Part shown: in pieces, positions 1 through 8,772 of the stretch
How the letters are laid out: each line of letters begins with the position of its first letter
Numbering within the stretch: the stretch's first letter is position 1
From: Halomicrobium mukohataei DSM 12286
Lineage (GTDB): Archaea > Halobacteriota > Halobacteria > Halobacteriales > Haloarculaceae
Direction of reading: 5' to 3'
DNA: 32,000 bases
Assembly: GCF_000023965.1 (NCBI RefSeq)
Contig: NC_013202.1
Location: 1,440,001 to 1,472,000, forward strand
Notes under the pieces: model-generated
What the model was told of the DNA's origin: nothing
Seen by the model: only the letters and a program-made list of their open reading frames with translations
Databases searched by the model: none
Position numbers and translations under genes: made by a program

Positions 1-977
1 AACGCGATCAGCTCCGCGAGTACAACGCGGCGGCGGCCGACCTCTTTCCCGCGCTCACCCGGCCGGACGTGATCGGGAAACCGCTGTGGAGCGTCGTTCC
101 GTCCGTCGCCGAGGTGCTCGACTCCGAGTCGGGCGTATTGTCCGTTCGTGACGGCGAGGAAACCCGATACTACCAGCTCACCGAGAGCCCGTTCGCGGCC
201 GGACGGTCACCGGTCGGTCGGCTCGTGCTCTTTACCGACATCACGGAGCGCGAACGCGACCGACGCGAACTCCAGCGCCAGAACGAGCGCCTCGAAGAGT
301 TCGCCAGCGTCGTCTCTCACGACCTCCGGAACCCCTTGCAGGTCTTGCGGGGCGCGTTCGAGGGGGCTCGCGAGACCGGCGACCCCTCGCACTTCGACCG
401 CGGGGAGCGAGCGCTCGACCGGATGGAGACGCTCATCGACGACGTGCTCTCGCTCGCCCGGCAGGGCCAGCCCATCGACGAGACCGAACCGATCTCGCTC
501 GCGTCGCTGGCGGCGTCGTGCTGGGAGGTCATCGAGGCCGGCGACGCCGATCTCGTCGTCGAAACCGATCTCGATCTCGTCGCCGATCCCGACCGCTTCC
601 GTCAACTGCTGGAGAACCTCTTTCGGAACGCGGTCGAACACGGCGGTGACGACGTGACCGTTCGAGTCGGGCGACTACCGGACGGCAACGGATTCTACCT
701 CGCAGACGACGGTCCCGGCATCCCGGTCGACGAGCGCGAGGCGGTGTTCGAGTCCGGCTACTCGACGACCGACGGGGGGACCGGCTTCGGACTGGCGATC
801 GTCAGCGAGATCGTCGACGCCCACGGCTGGGAGATCACGGTGTCGGGGCGAGCGGCCGACGACGCCCCCGACGGACACACGGACTCGGAATCCGGTTCGA
901 GAACGGCCACCGGTGCCTCCTTCGAGATCACTGGGATCGGTTCTCCAGACGGCGTCGACGCGAGCGAAGCGGCTTAG
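1..977 (+). CDS. Sensor histidine kinase (PAS / HisKA / HATPase_c), 5' end outside window
   Basis: Frame 3 is open from nt 3 with no stop before the listed M at 69, so the gene enters from the left edge. H-box 'SHDLRNPL', N-box 'LENLFRNAVEH', G1 'DDGPGIP', G2 'GGTGFGLAIV'. Stop TAG at 975-977. Confidence 0.9.
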   Translation, partial: RDQLREYNAAAADLFPALTRPDVIGKPLWSVVPSVAEVLDSESGVLSVRDGEETRYYQLTESPFAAGRSPVGRLVLFTDITERERDRRELQRQNERLEEFASVVSHDLRNPLQVLRGAFEGARETGDPSHFDRGERALDRMETLIDDVLSLARQGQPIDETEPISLASLAASCWEVIEAGDADLVVETDLDLVADPDRFRQLLENLFRNAVEHGGDDVTVRVGRLPDGNGFYLADDGPGIPVDEREAVFESGYSTTDGGTGFGLAIVSEIVDAHGWEITVSGRAADDAPDGHTDSESGSRTATGASFEITGIGSPDGVDASEAA

Positions 978-1002
978 TCACCCCCGGCGCAACGACGACG
1001 TG

Positions 1003-1911
1003 ATGTCACGTCGGGACGTACTCCGCCGGGTCGGTCTCGTCATCTTGGGCGCGAATCTCGCCCTCGCGCTCCTGAAGGGCGTCGTCTGGGCGGAGACCGG
1101 GAGCCTGGCCGTCGGTTCCGAGGCGGTCAACAGCCTCGCCGACACCGCCTACAGCCTCGTCATCGTCGCCGGGCTCTACCTGACGACACAGCCGCCGGAC
1201 TTCGAGCACCCCCACGGCCACGAGCGGATCGAGCCGTTCGTCTCGCTGTTCGTCGCCGTCGGGATCTTCGCTGCCGGTGGGATCATCCTCTGGCAGGCCG
1301 CCAGCTCGCTGCTGTCGGGCGACGTCGGCGTGAGCCGTGGCCCCGCCGCCGTCGGCGTCCTCGTCTTCTCCGGCGTGCTGAAGTACGCCCTGTATCGGTA
1401 CTGTCTGTCCGCCGGGCGAGACCACAACTCTCCCGCGCTGGTCGCGACGGCACTGGACAACCGCAACGACATTCTCACGGCAGCCGCGGCCCTCGTCGGC
1501 GTCGTCGGCGCGACGCTTGGCTACCCGGTCCTGGACCCGATCGCCGCGATGGTCGTCTCCGTGGGCATCATCTACACCGGCGTCGAGGTCGTCCGGGACA
1601 ACCTCGATTACCTCGTCGGTGCTGCCCCGCCCGAGGAGCTGCGGGCGGAGATCGTCCGCCGCGCGCTCGAACAGGACGACGTGGAGGGTGCCCACGACGT
1701 GATCGCCCACTACGTCGGCCCGGAGATCGACGTGAGCCTCCACGTCGAGGTCGAGGGCGACAAGACGCTGTTCGAGGCCCACGACATCGAGACCGCCGTC
1801 ATCGAGGCGATCCAGGAACTGCCGGAGGTCGACGACGTGTTCGTCCACGTCGACCCCAAGGAACTGGGCGAGTGGAAAGCCGACGCCGACGTGGACCGCC
1901 TCGTCGACTAA
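1003..1911 (+). CDS. Cation diffusion facilitator (CDF) family metal efflux transporter
   Basis: ATG at 1003 (M31 of the listed ORF) gives 'MSRRDVLRRVGLVILGANLALALLKG...'. It has 5-6 TM segments, 'SLADTAYSL' and 'HPHGHERIEPF' motifs, and a C-terminal cytoplasmic domain 'HDVIAHYVGPEIDVSLHVEVEG'. The upstream extension overlaps the kinase gene. Confidence 0.9.
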   Translation: MSRRDVLRRVGLVILGANLALALLKGVVWAETGSLAVGSEAVNSLADTAYSLVIVAGLYLTTQPPDFEHPHGHERIEPFVSLFVAVGIFAAGGIILWQAASSLLSGDVGVSRGPAAVGVLVFSGVLKYALYRYCLSAGRDHNSPALVATALDNRNDILTAAAALVGVVGATLGYPVLDPIAAMVVSVGIIYTGVEVVRDNLDYLVGAAPPEELRAEIVRRALEQDDVEGAHDVIAHYVGPEIDVSLHVEVEGDKTLFEAHDIETAVIEAIQELPEVDDVFVHVDPKELGEWKADADVDRLVD

Positions 1912-2198
1912 GCGCCGGTAAACGCGTACAGCACGGTCAGCAGTCCGGCGATTCGACACGTCTGGGCGAGCAGCTCCGCCTCGGCGGTCGTCGCCAGCGA
2001 GAGGAGGACGAGGGGCTGTTTCAGCACGAACGGAATCGTCGTCAACAGCAGGATGCCGACGGCCAGGGACAGCATCGCACGGCTGGCGTTGCGCCGGTAG
2101 CCCCGGTAGGCCTGGTAGGCGACGAAGCCGCCCACGACCGCCGTCAGGAGCGCGGTCACCGTCGTCAGCGCCAGCGACGTCTGGAGGAGTTCACTCAC
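1908..2198 (-). CDS. Small multi-pass membrane protein, paralog of 2241..2594
   Basis: 96 aa with 3 hydrophobic segments. The motif 'YQAYRGYRRNASRAMLSLAVGILLLTTIPFV' matches 'VQSYRRTHDSALLGMAAGILLLSGVPLV' in the neighbouring gene. Same strand as the wHTH gene upstream. Confidence 0.7.
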   Translation of the reverse strand: MSELLQTSLALTTVTALLTAVVGGFVAYQAYRGYRRNASRAMLSLAVGILLLTTIPFVLKQPLVLLSLATTAEAELLAQTCRIAGLLTVLYAFTGA

Positions 2199-2240
2199 GG
2201 CTACTCGCCCCCGCTGTCGGCAGTGGTGTCGTGTGTCGAG

Positions 2241-2594
2241 TCATCGCTGTGTGCGGTAGATGACGAACAGGATCAGACCGAGCCCGCTCAGTCTGGTCAG
2301 GTCCGTGACGATCCGGATCGTCTCCGTGCTGGCTCCCGTCGTGTTGCCCAGGATCAGATTCACCACGAGCGGCACGCCGCTCAACAGCAGGATGCCCGCA
2401 GCCATGCCCAGCAGCGCCGAGTCGTGGGTGCGCCGGTAGCTCTGGACGCCCTTGATGAGGATGATGATCGAGAGGACGACCGAGAGGACGAACCCCAGGA
2501 AGAACAGCAAGACGAGCAGCTGTCCCGGCGAGGCCGTCGACTGGAGCGGCGTCGACCCGCTCGCGGCGTGTGTCGCCAGTGGTTCGGTCGTCAT
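2241..2594 (-). CDS. Small multi-pass membrane protein, paralog of 1908..2198
   Basis: 117 aa, hydrophobic, with the shared YRR...GILLL motif. Its ATG overlaps the stop of the wHTH gene by 4 nt (2591-2594), suggesting translational coupling. Confidence 0.75.
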   Translation of the reverse strand: MTTEPLATHAASGSTPLQSTASPGQLLVLLFFLGFVLSVVLSIIILIKGVQSYRRTHDSALLGMAAGILLLSGVPLVVNLILGNTTGASTETIRIVTDLTRLSGLGLILFVIYRTQR

Positions 2595-2938
2595 TTGAGC
2601 CCCTCGAACAGTTCGGTGAAGCGGTCGGCCGCGTCGGGTTCGCGGCGTTCGATGTCGATGCTGTACTCGCCGTCCGCCAGATCGACCGTGACGCGGGACA
2701 GCTGAGCCCGGAACACGTCGTAGTGGTGGCCCTGGGGATCGAGCTGTTGCTGGGCGACGACGAGGTCTTGCTCGCGCAGCCGTTCGAGCCGGCGGTACAC
2801 GGTCGGCGGCGAGGCGTCACAGGCGTCGGCCAGTTCCTCTGCCGACATCGGTTCCGTGCTCGTCGCGGCGAGAATCTCCCGTGCGTACTCGTCGTCGAGG
2901 AGTTCGGCGACGGTCTCGATCCCTGGCTCCTCGCTCAT
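2591..2938 (-). CDS. Winged helix-turn-helix transcriptional regulator (ArsR-like)
   Basis: 115 aa, 'DDEYAREILAATSTEPMSAEELADACDASPPTVYRRLERLREQDLV' is a typical ArsR/wHTH recognition region. Acidic composition. Confidence 0.85.
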   Translation of the reverse strand: MSEEPGIETVAELLDDEYAREILAATSTEPMSAEELADACDASPPTVYRRLERLREQDLVVAQQQLDPQGHHYDVFRAQLSRVTVDLADGEYSIDIERREPDAADRFTELFEGLK

Positions 2939-3057
2939 CAGTCACGTCGGCGTGGCGAGTGACGGGGCGGTTCCAGACACGGTTCATATCCGTGATCGAC
3001 GGGGGAGTATAAAAAACGGCCCGGCACACTTTCACGCCGAGAAGCTGTGGGGGGTGG

Positions 3058-3067
3058 TATTTTTATT
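3058..3067 (+). promoter_or_regulatory. TATA-like box 'TATTTTTATT'
   Basis: AT-rich decamer in GC-rich DNA, centred about 28 nt upstream of ATG 3091 (a small upstream ORF) and about 120 nt upstream of the 3183 start. A second AT-rich box 'TATAAAAAA' lies at 3008-3017. Confidence 0.4.
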
Positions 3068-3182
3068 CGGGGGCCAAAGGCGAAAACGGAATGACTACGC
3101 CATCGAAGTCGCCGAACGCGCCCCGCAGGACGACCGATACGCCTTCCGCCCGACGCTGTCTACCCATCGCCGGAGGTGCCCG

Positions 3183-4679
3183 ATGAAACGGCTCCGCTCG
3201 CTGTGTCTCGTCGGATTGCTCGTCGTCGGGACCGTCGCACTCGCCGTCGGTCCCGTCACGGGTGCCAGCACCGGCGTCGTCTCGATCAGTACCACCACGA
3301 CGCCGGACCGACCCGCGCCGGGCGACACCGTGACGATCAGCACGACCGTCTCGAATCCGGAGGCCGGAAGCTCCAGCTTCCAGTTGCGCTCGGTCGAAGT
3401 GCGCGAGACGACCGCCGACAACAGCACGCTGTACAACTCGACCGACGAGTCGAGCACGATCGAGCCCGGCGAGTCGACGACGCGGGATCTCGGGGTCGAC
3501 ATCGAGGAGAGCGGCCAGCAGCAGTTCGTCCTCCACGTCCAGGTCCTCTCGGACGGTGATGTCGTCAACTTCGAACGCAACGTGACCGTCACTGCCGGCG
3601 AGACCGACCCCGCGCTGTCGCTGTCCGGCGGCGATATCGGTGCCGACGGTGACGCGACGTTCGACCTCTCTGTTTCGAACGCTCGCACGGAACCCATCCG
3701 AGCCGTTACGGTCGACGTGTCCGCGGGAGACATCCAGTTCGACGAGGATCGACACGTCGTCTCACAGCTCGCCTCGGGCGCGGAGACGACGCTGAAGCTC
3801 CCCGCGAGCGACGTCGAGCCCGGCGAGAAGACGGTCGAGGCGGCGGTCACGTACACGACCAACGACGGCGAGTTCAAGAGCGTCACGCGCGAACTGACGA
3901 CGACGGCCGACAGCGCCGAGAACCCCGGTGAGGTCTCGCTGAGCGGCATCGACGTGTCGGGTGCCGACGGCGAGTTGCAGATCTCCGGGCAGGCCAACAA
4001 CGCCGGTGAGACGAACGTCTCGGGCGTCACCGTCACCGTCGAGGACGGTCCGTACAGCCTCGGCGAGGCCCAGTCCAGCGCGTTCGTCGGCAGGCTCGAC
4101 GCCAGCACCTCCAGTGACTTCCAGCTCGGTGCGACGGTACCCGACGACACGACGACCGCCACGATCCCACTGACGGTCGCGTACCGTCTCGACGGCCAGG
4201 AGGTGACGCGAACGGTGACCGTTCAGGAAGACTTCAGCTCGAGCGGCAAGGTCAATCTCACCGGCGTCCGCATCGAACAGACCGGCAGTCGGCTCACCGT
4301 CCGGGGCAGCGCCAGTAACCTCGGAACGAGCAACGTCTCCGCCGTGATAGTCTCGGTCGGCCAGAACGAACGGATCCAGCCGGCCCAGTCCCAGTCGAGT
4401 TACTTCGCCGGCAACGTGGCCCAGAGCGAGTTCAAGTCCTTCCAGGTCGACGCTCGATTGACCGGCGACACCAACGAGACCGTCTCGGTTCCGGTCGAGG
4501 TCAGCTATCGCGTCAACGGCCAGCGCATCGACACGACGACGACCGTCCCGTACACGCCGCGGGCGACCGGACCCGCCGCCGAGCAATCCCAGCGGGACTC
4601 CTCGGTCCCGATCGTGTTGATCGGTGGCGTCGTGCTCGTCGTGGTGGCCGGCGGGCTCGGATACCGACGATACCGATGA
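3183..4679 (+). CDS. Secreted, C-terminally membrane-anchored surface protein with four ~100-aa Ig/CARDB-like repeats (COG1361-type partner of the ABC transporter)
   Basis: ATG 3183 gives the signal peptide 'MKRLRSLCLVGLLVVGTVALAVGPVTGAS'. The four repeated modules include 'VSLSGIDVSGADGELQISGQANNAGETNVSGVTVTV' and 'VNLTGVRIEQTGSRLTVRGSASNLGTSNVSAVIVSV'. Many N-x-S/T sequons. C-terminal TM 'VPIVLIGGVVLVVVAGGLGYRRYR'. Stop overlaps the ABC ATPase start (ATGA at 4676-4679). Confidence 0.85.
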   Translation: MKRLRSLCLVGLLVVGTVALAVGPVTGASTGVVSISTTTTPDRPAPGDTVTISTTVSNPEAGSSSFQLRSVEVRETTADNSTLYNSTDESSTIEPGESTTRDLGVDIEESGQQQFVLHVQVLSDGDVVNFERNVTVTAGETDPALSLSGGDIGADGDATFDLSVSNARTEPIRAVTVDVSAGDIQFDEDRHVVSQLASGAETTLKLPASDVEPGEKTVEAAVTYTTNDGEFKSVTRELTTTADSAENPGEVSLSGIDVSGADGELQISGQANNAGETNVSGVTVTVEDGPYSLGEAQSSAFVGRLDASTSSDFQLGATVPDDTTTATIPLTVAYRLDGQEVTRTVTVQEDFSSSGKVNLTGVRIEQTGSRLTVRGSASNLGTSNVSAVIVSVGQNERIQPAQSQSSYFAGNVAQSEFKSFQVDARLTGDTNETVSVPVEVSYRVNGQRIDTTTTVPYTPRATGPAAEQSQRDSSVPIVLIGGVVLVVVAGGLGYRRYR

Positions 4680-5344
4680 GCGTCATCAGCGCCACCGACG
4701 CGGTGAAGATCTACGAGTCCGGCGACAAGACGCTGCGTGCGCTCGACGGCGTCTCCGTCGACGTGAACGCCGGTGAGTTCGCGTCCGTCGTCGGCCCCAG
4801 CGGGAGCGGGAAGTCGACCCTGCTGAACCTGCTGGGCCTGCTCGACGAGCCCTCCGAGGGCAGCGTCACCGTCGACGGGACGGCACTGTCGACGCTCTCG
4901 AAGCGCGAACGGACGGACCTCAGACGCGAGACCGTCGGATTCATCTTCCAGAGCTTCTACCTGGTGCCGACGCTGACCGCGCGCCAGAACGTCGCCGTCC
5001 CCGGACTCGTCCGCGACGATCGGTCGGATCTGCAGGCGCGGGCCGACGAACTGCTCGAACGCGTCGGGCTGGGCGACCGACTCGACCACTACCCAAACGA
5101 GCTGTCCGGCGGGCAGAAACAGCGCGTGGCCGTCGCGCGGTCGCTGATCAACGATCCCGACATCCTGCTGGCCGACGAGCCCACGGGGAACCTCGACCAG
5201 GACACCGGCGCGCAGGTACTGGACGTGTTCGGCGAGATCACCGACGAGGGCGTCGCGATCCTCACCGTCACCCACGACGAGCAGGTGACCGACTTCGCCG
5301 ACCGGACGATCAGGCTCGTCGACGGGAGGTTAGACGATGATTGA
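4676..5344 (+). CDS. ABC transporter ATP-binding protein (MacB/LolD-like)
   Basis: Walker A 'GPSGSGKST', signature 'LSGGQKQR', Walker B 'ILLADEPTGNLD', H-loop 'VTHD'. Confidence 0.95.
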   Translation: MSVISATDAVKIYESGDKTLRALDGVSVDVNAGEFASVVGPSGSGKSTLLNLLGLLDEPSEGSVTVDGTALSTLSKRERTDLRRETVGFIFQSFYLVPTLTARQNVAVPGLVRDDRSDLQARADELLERVGLGDRLDHYPNELSGGQKQRVAVARSLINDPDILLADEPTGNLDQDTGAQVLDVFGEITDEGVAILTVTHDEQVTDFADRTIRLVDGRLDDD

Positions 5345-6476
5345 GAGCCCGCTCGCGCGGTTCTCGCCGTTCCTGGCGTTCGCCCGGAACAACCTCTCGC
5401 GGGCACGCGCTCGGACGATCCTCGCGATGGCGGGGATCACGATCGGCGTGGTCGCGATCGCCTCGCTGGGGATGTTCGGAGCCACGCTCGAACAGTCGTT
5501 TCTCGACACGTCCGACGACGCGATCCGGACCGTCGCCGTCGGTCCCGGCGAAGACTCGGAGTTCGGGTTGCTCCGTCGGGAACAGGTCGCCGAGATCGAA
5601 CGCTACGCCGGTAACGGCGATGTCTACACGCTCACCCGCGGCCGGGGGGAAGTGACCGGATTACAGGAGACGACGAGCGCCTCGCTGGTGTCGCTCTCAG
5701 ATCCAGAGGTGTTCGTCACCGCGGAGTCGGGCCAGATCCCGCAGAACTGGCGCTCTGGTGTCGCGATCGGGAACGAACTGGCGGAGACGCTCGGCGTCCA
5801 ACCCGGGGACAGCGTGCAGGTCGACGGCGAGAGCCGGCGCGTCGTCGCCGTGCTGGCCGAGTCGAGCCGCGCCTCGTTCGTCTCGACGGGCGATGCCGTC
5901 GTCCTGCCGCCGGGCGAACTCGGTGACGGCGCGTCGCAGGTCCTCATCCGAGGGGAGACGCCCCAGCAGGCGTTCGCCATCAGCGATCGGATCGACGAGA
6001 ACCTCAACAGCGACCGCCGGACTCGTTACAGCGTCTTCGACGCCGAGTCCGCCCTCGAACAGTTCAACCAGCAGATCGGCCTCATCCGGACGTTCCTGCT
6101 CGCTGTCGGCGGGATCTCGCTGCTGGTCGCGTCCGTGAGCATCCTCAACGTGATGCTCATGAGCACGATCGAGCGCAAAGAGGAGATCGGCGTCCTCCGG
6201 GCGGTCGGCTACCACCGCCTCGACATCGTCAAGCTGATGCTGTACGAAGCGGCGCTGCTGGGCGTCGTCGGCTCGATCTTCGGCGTGCTCATCAGCGTCG
6301 GCCTGGGGATGGTGATGAACGCGCAGCTCCTCTCGGACCCCCTCGCCTTCTCCGGGCAAGCCCTGCAGTACACGGTGCTTGGCTTCCTCTTCGGGACGGG
6401 TGCCAGCTTCCTCAGCGGCCTCTATCCCGCCTGGAAAGCGGCTAACGCCCGTCCGGTCGAGGCACTCCGGGACTGA
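5337..6476 (+). CDS. ABC transporter permease, FtsX/MacB type
   Basis: 379 aa with an N-terminal TM, a large extracytoplasmic domain and a C-terminal FtsX-like 3-TM bundle ('ISLLVASVSILNVMLMSTIERKEEIGVLRAVG'). The start overlaps the ATPase stop by 8 nt. Confidence 0.9.
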   Translation: MIESPLARFSPFLAFARNNLSRARARTILAMAGITIGVVAIASLGMFGATLEQSFLDTSDDAIRTVAVGPGEDSEFGLLRREQVAEIERYAGNGDVYTLTRGRGEVTGLQETTSASLVSLSDPEVFVTAESGQIPQNWRSGVAIGNELAETLGVQPGDSVQVDGESRRVVAVLAESSRASFVSTGDAVVLPPGELGDGASQVLIRGETPQQAFAISDRIDENLNSDRRTRYSVFDAESALEQFNQQIGLIRTFLLAVGGISLLVASVSILNVMLMSTIERKEEIGVLRAVGYHRLDIVKLMLYEAALLGVVGSIFGVLISVGLGMVMNAQLLSDPLAFSGQALQYTVLGFLFGTGASFLSGLYPAWKAANARPVEALRD

Positions 6477-6569
6477 TCTGTCGCCGGTGTGGGGGTCGTG
6501 ATTCCGGCGCGACGACTCGGAACGCGTCTGGCGGTAACTATTTCCGGTGCGGTGTCGGAACTGTTGGCG

Positions 6570-7262
6570 ATGGACGTGTCTCTCGCCACGCTGCTCGTCC
6601 GGCCGAGAACGGCGTTCGAGGCGGCCGGCGAGCGGCTCTCGCTGGTCCAGCCGCTCGTCCTCGTGTTCCTGGTCGGCGCGAGCAGTATCGCGACTGCGTT
6701 CCCGGTCTACGTCGCCCTGCAACGGCGGCTCTCGTCCGACATCGCGACCGTCGAGTTCGTCATCGGTTCCCAGACCGCGCGGCTGCCGATCTGGTTCGCC
6801 ATCGGCACCGTGGGCGGGATCCTCGTCGTCCTCGTCGGCTGGGTCGTGACGACGGCACTGCTGCACGGGGCCGCGCGTCTCGCGGGTGGCAGGGGACGGT
6901 TCAGGCGGCTGTTGGCCTTCGTCGGCTGGTCTCACGCCCCCTACGTCGTCGTCTACCCGCTCGTCGCGCTCGTCGCGGCCTGGCAGCTGGCGACGACGCC
7001 CGGTGCGACGCTGAACGGCGTCCTCCACGGCACCAGCGGCGTCGAGGGGACGATGGTGACGTTCAACGGCCGGGGACTGATCGACGTGAGTTCGCTCTCC
7101 TCGGTGGCGGTGACGCTGTGGATCGGCTACGTCTGGACCGGCGCGCTGGACGCGACCTACGACCTCTCGCGGCGTCGGGCGACGGCGGTCGCCGCGGTCG
7201 CGACGGTCGTGATGCTCGTCGCGATACAGCTCCCAGCTTATATCGGTTCGCCGAACGCGTAG
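6570..7262 (+). CDS. Yip1-like multi-pass membrane protein
   Basis: ATG 6570 ('MDVSLATLLVRPRTAFEAAGERLSLVQPLVLVFLVG...') and 5 hydrophobic segments. The architecture resembles YIP1-family proteins. A GTG at 6489 is an alternative start. The 3' end overlaps the convergent 7238 gene by 25 nt. Confidence 0.65.
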   Translation: MDVSLATLLVRPRTAFEAAGERLSLVQPLVLVFLVGASSIATAFPVYVALQRRLSSDIATVEFVIGSQTARLPIWFAIGTVGGILVVLVGWVVTTALLHGAARLAGGRGRFRRLLAFVGWSHAPYVVVYPLVALVAAWQLATTPGATLNGVLHGTSGVEGTMVTFNGRGLIDVSSLSSVAVTLWIGYVWTGALDATYDLSRRRATAVAAVATVVMLVAIQLPAYIGSPNA

Positions 7263-8500
7263 ACGGTGTTGTGACTGGTGATCTCGCAGTCGACGAAGTC
7301 GCCGACTTCGAGCCCGCGCTGCTGTGCGTCGACGACGACGACCTGTCGGTACGCCTCGTCGTAGCCCACCAGCGAGTCGTCGGTGCCGTCTTCGGTCAGG
7401 AGGACCCGCTTTTGCTCGCCGAGCATGGCTTCGTAGGCGTCGCCGGTCACGTCCATCTTCAGCTCGGACATCGCCTTCGAGCGGTCCTTCTTGATCTGGC
7501 CGCCCAGCCCCTTCATGTCGGCGGCGTCCGTGCCGGGACGCTTCGAGAAGCGGGTGACGTTGATCTTCTCCGGGCGGGTCTCGCGCAGTAGCGCCATCGA
7601 CTGCTGGAAGTCAGATTCCGTCTCGCTGGGGAAGCCGACGATGAAGTCGGTCGACAGCGTCCAGTAGTCCAGGTACTCGTCGAAGGTGTCGACGACCGCG
7701 ACGTACTCGCCCACGGCGTGCTGGCGGCGCATGTCCGCGAGCACGTCGTCGCTGCCGGACTGGACCGGCGCGTGCAGGAAGTTGTACAGCTCGTCGTGCT
7801 CGGCGAAGACGCGGGCCAGCTCCTCGCGGACGCCGTGGACGCCCTTCGGGTTGGCCATCCCCACCCGGACCCGGAACTCGCCGTCGATCTCGGTGCAGAT
7901 CCGCTCTAGCAGCTCGGGCAGCAGGCTCTCGCCCTGATTGGTGTCCCAGCCGTAGACGCCGGTGTCCTGGCCCGTGACGCGGAGCTCCTTCGCACCGGCG
8001 TGGACCAGCGCTCGGGCCTTCTCGACGTTTTCCTCGACCGACGGCGACTCGATCCGACCGGTCGCCTGCTTGGTGATACAGTAGGAACAGTCGGACATAC
8101 AGCCACGCGCGATCGGCAGGATGCCGACGACGCCGTCGAGCACGGTCTCCGTATCGGGCGTGACCGTCGGACACTCGCCGTTGAGGACGTGCTGGGGCAC
8201 GTCGTCCCAGTGGAGCACCTCGGCGTCAACGTCGGCCGCGCGGAACTCCTCGCCCTGTGCCAGCGCCATACAGCCGGTGACGACCAGATCTCCGGGCGTC
8301 TCCGCGTCGAGTTCCTCGGCCCGTCGAAGCATGTTGCGCTCCGTTTTCTCGAGGACGGTACAGGTGTTGAGGATCGCCACGTCGGCCTCCTCGGGCCCGT
8401 CGGCGGGGTAGTGGCCCCCCTCGCGAAGCGCCTGCTCGATCTCCTGGGTCTCGCCGCGGTTTGACGTACACCCGTACGTCTCGATGTGATACTGGGCCAT
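7238..8500 (-). CDS. mtaB: MiaB-like tRNA methylthiotransferase (radical SAM, archaeal/eukaryal MtaB-CDKAL1 type)
   Basis: ATG at 8500 ('MAQYHIETYGCTSNRGE'). N-terminal Cys triad context ('YGCTSN','NTCTV','TGCMA'), radical-SAM 'CMSDCSYC', and a C-terminal TRAM-like domain. Stop TAA at 7238-7240. Confidence 0.9.
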   Translation of the reverse strand: MAQYHIETYGCTSNRGETQEIEQALREGGHYPADGPEEADVAILNTCTVLEKTERNMLRRAEELDAETPGDLVVTGCMALAQGEEFRAADVDAEVLHWDDVPQHVLNGECPTVTPDTETVLDGVVGILPIARGCMSDCSYCITKQATGRIESPSVEENVEKARALVHAGAKELRVTGQDTGVYGWDTNQGESLLPELLERICTEIDGEFRVRVGMANPKGVHGVREELARVFAEHDELYNFLHAPVQSGSDDVLADMRRQHAVGEYVAVVDTFDEYLDYWTLSTDFIVGFPSETESDFQQSMALLRETRPEKINVTRFSKRPGTDAADMKGLGGQIKKDRSKAMSELKMDVTGDAYEAMLGEQKRVLLTEDGTDDSLVGYDEAYRQVVVVDAQQRGLEVGDFVDCEITSHNTVYAFGEPI

Positions 8501-8621
8501 GCGCTGCGTTACCCGACTCTTGTCCCTCGCGGCCAAAAGCACGACGGAATCGTTCTCGGACGAGTGAGGTTATCCGTCACAGATCCCCGGAGCGAGCCGA
8601 GGGCTTTCGAGGGCCGCACTA

Positions 8622-8701
8622 TAGTAACAATTGAAACGATTTACACACCGATCGCACTGCAGTCGTGCGATCGGGTGTGCATTGATTTTCAATGGCTACT
8701 A
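8622..8701. repeat. 80-nt two-tier hairpin element B (MITE-like, single copy in window)
   Basis: Outer arms 'TAGTAACAATTGAAA' and 'TTTCAATGGCTACTA'. Inner stem 'CACACCGATCGCAC' (8644-8657) pairs with 'GTGCGATCGGGTGTG' (8665-8679) around the loop 'TGCAGTC'. Flanked by TA/TA. Shares 'ATTG..A.CGATTTAC' and the GATCG core with element A. Confidence 0.55.
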
Positions 8702-8772
8702 TAGGTGAGTGTTCGGTACAGTGACTGTCGGCGTGGTAGCGACAGCAGCTGGCGGAGAATCACCTCGATTTG

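Noticed and set aside
5697-7028. 443-aa minus-strand ORF antisense to the ABC permease and Yip1-like genes
   Set aside because: R/D/E/P-rich with no domain signatures. The sense-strand genes have clear FtsX and TM architecture.
7238-7262. 25-nt overlap of the convergent 3' ends of the Yip1-like and mtaB genes
   Set aside because: Short convergent overlaps are common in compact archaeal genomes and need no special explanation.
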